From Vicugna vicugna (taxonomy: Eukaryota): a stretch of 64,000 nt of DNA. Position numbers and translations under genes: made by a program. The notes beneath the pieces are model-generated. The model did not search any database. It saw nothing but the letters and a program-made list of their open reading frames with translations, and had not been told where the DNA came from. The first letter of the stretch is position 1, and each line of letters starts with the position of its first letter. The stretch covers positions 806,001 through 870,000 of the forward strand of contig MU058714.1 of NCBI GenBank assembly GCA_013265495.1, given 5' to 3'. Shown here in pieces: positions 62,307 to 64,000 of this stretch.

Positions 62307-64000
62307 CTGGCTTTCATCCCTTCTCCACAAAGAAGTCCCAAGGGCCGTGGACAGGGCGTCTGGTCCAGCGAAGGCTCAGAGCTTGTGTGCCAGCCTCCAG
62401 ACTGAAGGGCCGGGCGCCTGTGCTGCAAGCTGGGCCCCGTGGGGACTGGGCCTGGGGCAGGTTTGCTTCCAACTCCCCCGCTCCTCACCCTGCTCCGAAT
62501 TCTACACAGAACAGCCCCCAGCGTGGGGAGGAAGCGACCGGGGGCCAAGAACCCACTTCTGCTCCCTTCCTTGGGGGCTTCCTTCTCGGCCGGCTCTTTA
62601 AGTCTGAGGCGCTGCAGAAAGTCTCGATTCTGGAAGAAGAAGAAATACAGACAGTGGGTGAAGGTTTTCCACACGAGACAACTTTTACCATAGTCCCCGG
62701 GCTAATCGGGGGTCAGCCCCTTTTAAAAATGGAATAGCATTATTGTTTGTTTCTGCTTCTCAGAACCTCACTTGCTCAGGGCAGAAGATGTGTAAATAAA
62801 ACAGAAAGGCACGCTGCAGGGGGAGAGACGCGCCTGCGCAGATGTGGCCGTATTTTTGGACGGGTGGGATGGGCAAGGAGGGAGGCGGGCTCACGTGGGC
62901 TCCTGCGGCCGCGTCTCCATCTCCGCCTGCCAGTGCTGTCACTTCCCTTCCTCGCCTCTTCACACTTCGCTGTCAACAAAACATCTGACCTGCAGGGGGA
63001 GGGTGGCTTGGGTTCTGCTAAAAAGAGAGTAATGATGCTCAGACAAAAAGCAAAGTACTTTATGTCTATTTTGGTTTCTTTTAAGCTAAGCGCAGATTTC
63101 TCTGGGAAGGACAGGAGCTGGCTGGTCTCCCCGATGGAAAACAATAGCTCAGCAAGGTACCTGGTTTTCTCAAGTTGCTTGACCTCCAGGCTTGCTCCTG
63201 ATTCTTGGTGACAAAACACATTCAACGTCCTTGATTGATTTAGTAGAGAAACTGCAATATTGGAGGATGGAACGCAGCCCATCCTGCCTGCAAATGGAAC
63301 GCCTCTGCTCTGATGGTCTTGTGTTTTGATAAAAGATCAGCCAACAGCCGAGCTTGGAAGCTGTGAACACCCAGCCTCCTAGGTTCTTCGGGGCAACGTG
63401 CTACGTACCCCAGGCATCCGTCTAGACCCTCTCTCTGCCCTGGCTGTTCCCCCTAGATTGCCCCCTGACTTGTGTTGTATTTGACCTACACACTCAGGTT
63501 CTCTATGATTTGTTCTCTCTCTGCTGTGTCTTTGGCTTCTGATTGCCAAGTAGCCTGAGACTTAGGGCTGGAAGGAGTCTCCTGGTCTACCTTCACATCC
63601 TAAGACAACGTCCCCCCTTTCTGTATAGGAAGGTCAAAGGTTACCCTGTTGTTGGACATCAGCACTGGGCAGAAAAGCCCGTCCCCTCTCCGAGCTCCGC
63701 ATCTGCAGCCTGACGTCCACCCCCAGCAGGATCTCGTCCACACCCTCCCCCACCATCAGAGCTTGAATCAGTCCAGGTTTCACACATTTTTTGAGTTTTC
63801 ATGATTAAAGCATCTCAATTTAGAGACTTTGTGGAAAGCAGGCAATGTCCTTGCTTGTGAAAAATTGGAGACGTTGGACATCGGAACTGCCAGCCCCAGT
63901 GGCCGGCTGATCACATGCCATGGTAATGAGATCGCCGAGGTGGGAAATATTAGCCCTTGAATTTCCAGCCTGTCATTAGTCATAGATGCTCACTGGCGCT

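Noticed and set aside
58030..64000. Start of RPTOR, the upstream neighbour of NPTX1 in human
   Set aside because: No ORF resembling the RPTOR N-terminus (MESEMLQSPL...) is present. The gene probably lies beyond the window.
1..64000. CRISPR array, operon or other prokaryote-type novel system
   Set aside because: The DNA is clearly mammalian and I saw no regularly spaced direct repeats with unique spacers.

Overview
GC-rich mammalian genomic DNA, probably camelid, judged from a Vic-1-like tRNA-derived SINE at about 59.9 kb. It contains one recognisable protein-coding gene, NPTX1 (neuronal pentraxin 1), on the minus strand. The gene has 5 coding exons (20049-19615, 19331-19124, 17016-16772, 15605-15426, 14655-14434), a 3' UTR of about 3.9 kb ending near 10500, and a CpG-island promoter with TATA-like and CRE-like motifs at about 20.1 kb. 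The rest of the window is intergenic: L1, L2, MIR, MaLR/ERV LTRs, MER20/MER63, microsatellites and several enhancer-like motif clusters. The most striking anomaly is that NPTX1 exon 1 lacks its initiator ATG and first five codons. The 5' UTR runs directly into codon 6, so this is either an assembly collapse in very GC-rich DNA or a real start-loss allele. I found no support for a novel multi-gene system; nearly all other ORFs in the track look like chance GC-rich ORFs or repeat fragments. Repeat family names and motif calls were made by eye, not by database search.
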